Shown: piece by piece, positions 62,151 through 64,000 of the stretch | Position numbering within the stretch: the stretch's first letter is position 1 | Layout of the letters: each line of letters starts with the position of its first letter | From: Firmicutes bacterium CAG:145 | Lineage (GTDB): Bacteria > Bacillota > Clostridia > Peptostreptococcales > Anaerovoracaceae | DNA length: 64,000 nt | Direction of reading: 5' to 3' | Assembly: GCA_000435715.1 (NCBI GenBank) | Contig: FR882601.1 | Location: 28,477-92,476 of the forward strand | Position numbers and translations under genes: made by a program | Notes under the pieces: model-generated | What the model was told of the DNA's origin: nothing | Seen by the model: the letters and a program-made list of their open reading frames with translations, nothing else | The model's database searches: none

Positions 62151-63246
62151 CTTTTTAGGAACTCTTAAAATTGAGTCCGAAGGCATGAATATTACTGATA
62201 AGCTGAGCAGCAAAAGCCAGGCTCTCATAGCTATCCTCATGACAAAAAAGAGATTGAGATGTTCAAGAAAAGAATTGATAGGCTATTTGTGGCCTGAAAG
62301 CAGTGAAGAAGCTGCAAAATACAACCTCAGATTTAATCTGTGGCAGCTGAGAAAGACTATATGCGTGCAGCCGTCAGGCCAGCCTTTTCTGATAATTACG
62401 CGGGATGACTGTCAGATCAATGAGAAATACTCATATCAGTGCGATTTCAGACAGATCATCGAGGCCGACGTTGAAAACTGCGATATAGGTAGGCTGGAAG
62501 AACTGCGGTGCATGTTCAGAGGAGATTTCTTTGAAAACAGATATTTTTCCGATCTGGAAGAATTTGAAGAACTGATGATAATGCAGCGCTATATTCTGGA
62601 GAATAAGAAACAGGTCATACTCAAAAGGCTGATGGAGTTATACAGAGAAAATAAAGAAATAAGAAAATGCCTGGATATAATAACAGATCTTGAGACTATG
62701 GATCCTTATGATGAGAAAAATGCAGAGATAAAGATTTCTCTCCTTTTAGAAGAAGGACAGCGAAGCGAAGCTGCACGCTTTTATCAGAAATTTTACAATA
62801 GGATGGTCTACGATATAGGAATGGAACCGCCGGAAAGACTTAAAAACCTCATAGGCGGATTTGCCGAAGTGCGAAAAAAAGATGAAAAGATCATCGACAT
62901 GACAGTCGAAGCGATACCTTCTGTAGACGCCTTCTTTATGGCGCAGACTGCGGAGAAGCTGTCGGAGTTTTCCGAATTGTCATTGCCGGATTACCTCGAC
63001 AGCGGGCAGATAAAGGATCTGGCTTTTATCACCCGCAAACTGGGTGCTGCGAGCCAGACAGGAGTTCCTTTTGTCCGGGTTTCATCGGCTTTTATGGAAC
63101 TTATCATCGGGATATGTCGGTCGGATTTTCGAATCTGCCTGAGATTTGATTCATGGGAGAATGTGGACAGGATGTCCAAAGATGTATTGAAATTGCTGAA
63201 AAATAAATTGGGAGAGTCTCTCATACTGATATGTTCAGATCAGTAG
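62137..63246 (+). CDS. SARP/BTAD-type transcriptional activator (winged-helix plus bacterial transcriptional activator domain).
   Basis: N-terminal LKIDFLGTLKI ... ELIGYLWPE ... NLRFNLWQLRK is an OmpR-like wHTH, followed by a helical TPR-like domain. Start at 62137 (RBS gaggtg). Overlaps the amidohydrolase stop. Confidence 0.5.
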   Translation: MLKIDFLGTLKIESEGMNITDKLSSKSQALIAILMTKKRLRCSRKELIGYLWPESSEEAAKYNLRFNLWQLRKTICVQPSGQPFLIITRDDCQINEKYSYQCDFRQIIEADVENCDIGRLEELRCMFRGDFFENRYFSDLEEFEELMIMQRYILENKKQVILKRLMELYRENKEIRKCLDIITDLETMDPYDEKNAEIKISLLLEEGQRSEAARFYQKFYNRMVYDIGMEPPERLKNLIGGFAEVRKKDEKIIDMTVEAIPSVDAFFMAQTAEKLSEFSELSLPDYLDSGQIKDLAFITRKLGAASQTGVPFVRVSSAFMELIIGICRSDFRICLRFDSWENVDRMSKDVLKLLKNKLGESLILICSDQ

Positions 63247-63286
63247 TCGCTACTTGAAAAATGTTTTGACTTTTTGTCCAAAACCC

Positions 63287-63425
63287 TTGACATTGAGCCA
63301 TTTTAATGGTATCATAACCAAGTTGAGCCGCGCAGAATGGGTAATAAGAGATCTTCACTGCACTTTTAGTGACCAGAAGCGTCCACCCACGATGGCGAGA
63401 CCGGATAGAGGAGGAGAAAAACATA
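63287..63425 (+). promoter_or_regulatory. rplU promoter (TTGACA, 17 nt, TATCAT) and a 110-nt leader that could be an L21 ribosomal-protein leader.
   Basis: ttgaca at 63287-63292 and tatcat at 63310-63315. The leader at 63316-63425 precedes the RBS gaggaggag. Confidence 0.35.
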
Positions 63426-63935
63426 ATGTACGCAGTAATCGAAACAGGCGGAAAGCAGTACAGAGTACAGGAAGGCGACGTTATCACAGTTGAAAAACTT
63501 GATGCAAAAGCCGGAGACAAGGTAACTTTTGATAAGGTACTCGTTCTCAACGACGGAAAAGAAATGAAAGTCGGAACGCCTTATTTAGACGCTGGCGTAA
63601 CTGCAAGCGTAGTAGAAAACGGAAAAGGTAAAAAGGTCATAATCTTTAAGTATAAGGCCAAGAAGGACTACAGAAAGAAACAGGGTCACAGACAGCCGTA
63701 TACGATGGTTAAGATCGAATCACTGGGAACAGGATCTAAAAAGGCCGAACCTGTAAAAGAGGCTCCTAAAGCAGAAGCCAAAGAGGAAGTTAAAGAAGCA
63801 AAGCCGGTAAAAAAGGTATCAGCTTCGATGAAGAAAGACGAATTGATTGCATTCGCTAAAGAAAACAACATAACTATCGATGAAAAAGCTACAAAAGCAG
63901 TTATCATCGAAGCTATCGAAGCAGCGTTAAAGTAA
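63426..63935 (+). CDS. rplU: 50S ribosomal protein L21 with a C-terminal extension of about 65 aa.
   Basis: [20 protein letters not shown] is the canonical L21 N-terminus. The core is about 103 aa. The extra tail [26 protein letters not shown] ... [31 protein letters not shown] follows it. Confidence 0.9.
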   Translation: MYAVIETGGKQYRVQEGDVITVEKLDAKAGDKVTFDKVLVLNDGKEMKVGTPYLDAGVTASVVENGKGKKVIIFKYKAKKDYRKKQGHRQPYTMVKIESLGTGSKKAEPVKEAPKAEAKEEVKEAKPVKKVSASMKKDELIAFAKENNITIDEKATKAVIIEAIEAALK

Positions 63936-63966
63936 TCTGACAATAGAGCATAGGAGGCGAGAGTAA

Positions 63967-64000
63967 TGGCAAGTAAAAAAGGTGTAGGTAGCTCCAAGAA
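63967..64000 (+). CDS. rpmA: 50S ribosomal protein L27, 5' end only. It continues past the window.
   Basis: MASKKGVGSSK. RBS aggaggcgagag. Confidence 0.7.

Overview
This is a 64-kb chromosomal segment from a low-GC, spore-forming Firmicute, most likely a member of the Clostridia. The evidence for that placement is an alpha/beta-type SASP gene, a YlbJ sporulation membrane protein, Bacillus-like rsmD-coaD-ylbJ-tmcAL synteny, and AGGAGG-type ribosome-binding sites. Almost all genes sit on the + strand. Most of the window is core housekeeping: polA, coaE, tRNA-Leu, yajC, recG, ackA, rpmF, eno, ddl, dapA, asd, uppP, ftsK, rimO, pgsA, cinA, recA with a Cheo/LexA box, and rplU-rpmA. I found no CRISPR array, transposase, integrase or prophage genes. 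The outstanding region is a ~17-kb + strand operon at about 30.2-47.0 kb. It starts with an XRE repressor-like gene and palindromic operators, then a teichoic-acid-type ABC exporter (TagG/TagH-like) and a TagB/TagF-family CDP-alcohol phosphotransferase. Next come a LicC/IspD-like nucleotidyltransferase, three proteins carrying five sugar-transfer-associated ATP-grasp (ATPgrasp_ST) amidoligase domains, and an opine-dehydrogenase-family protein. A 1045-aa protein follows that fuses a CapA/PGA_cap domain, a Mur-ligase (MurF/CapB-like) domain and a BspA-type leucine-rich repeat. The operon ends with ddl, a VanY-like D,D-carboxypeptidase and an LCP-family ligase. I interpret this as a previously uncharacterised pathway for a cell-wall-anchored anionic polymer that carries amide-linked amino-acid, peptide or opine decorations. 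Other notable items are a GNAT gene split by a frameshift at a C-run, an L21 protein with a long C-terminal extension, a giant acyl-CoA-dehydratase-activase fusion, an AT-rich islet, a structured leader upstream of an FNT-OPT transporter pair, and an SCA-motif P1B-type ATPase.
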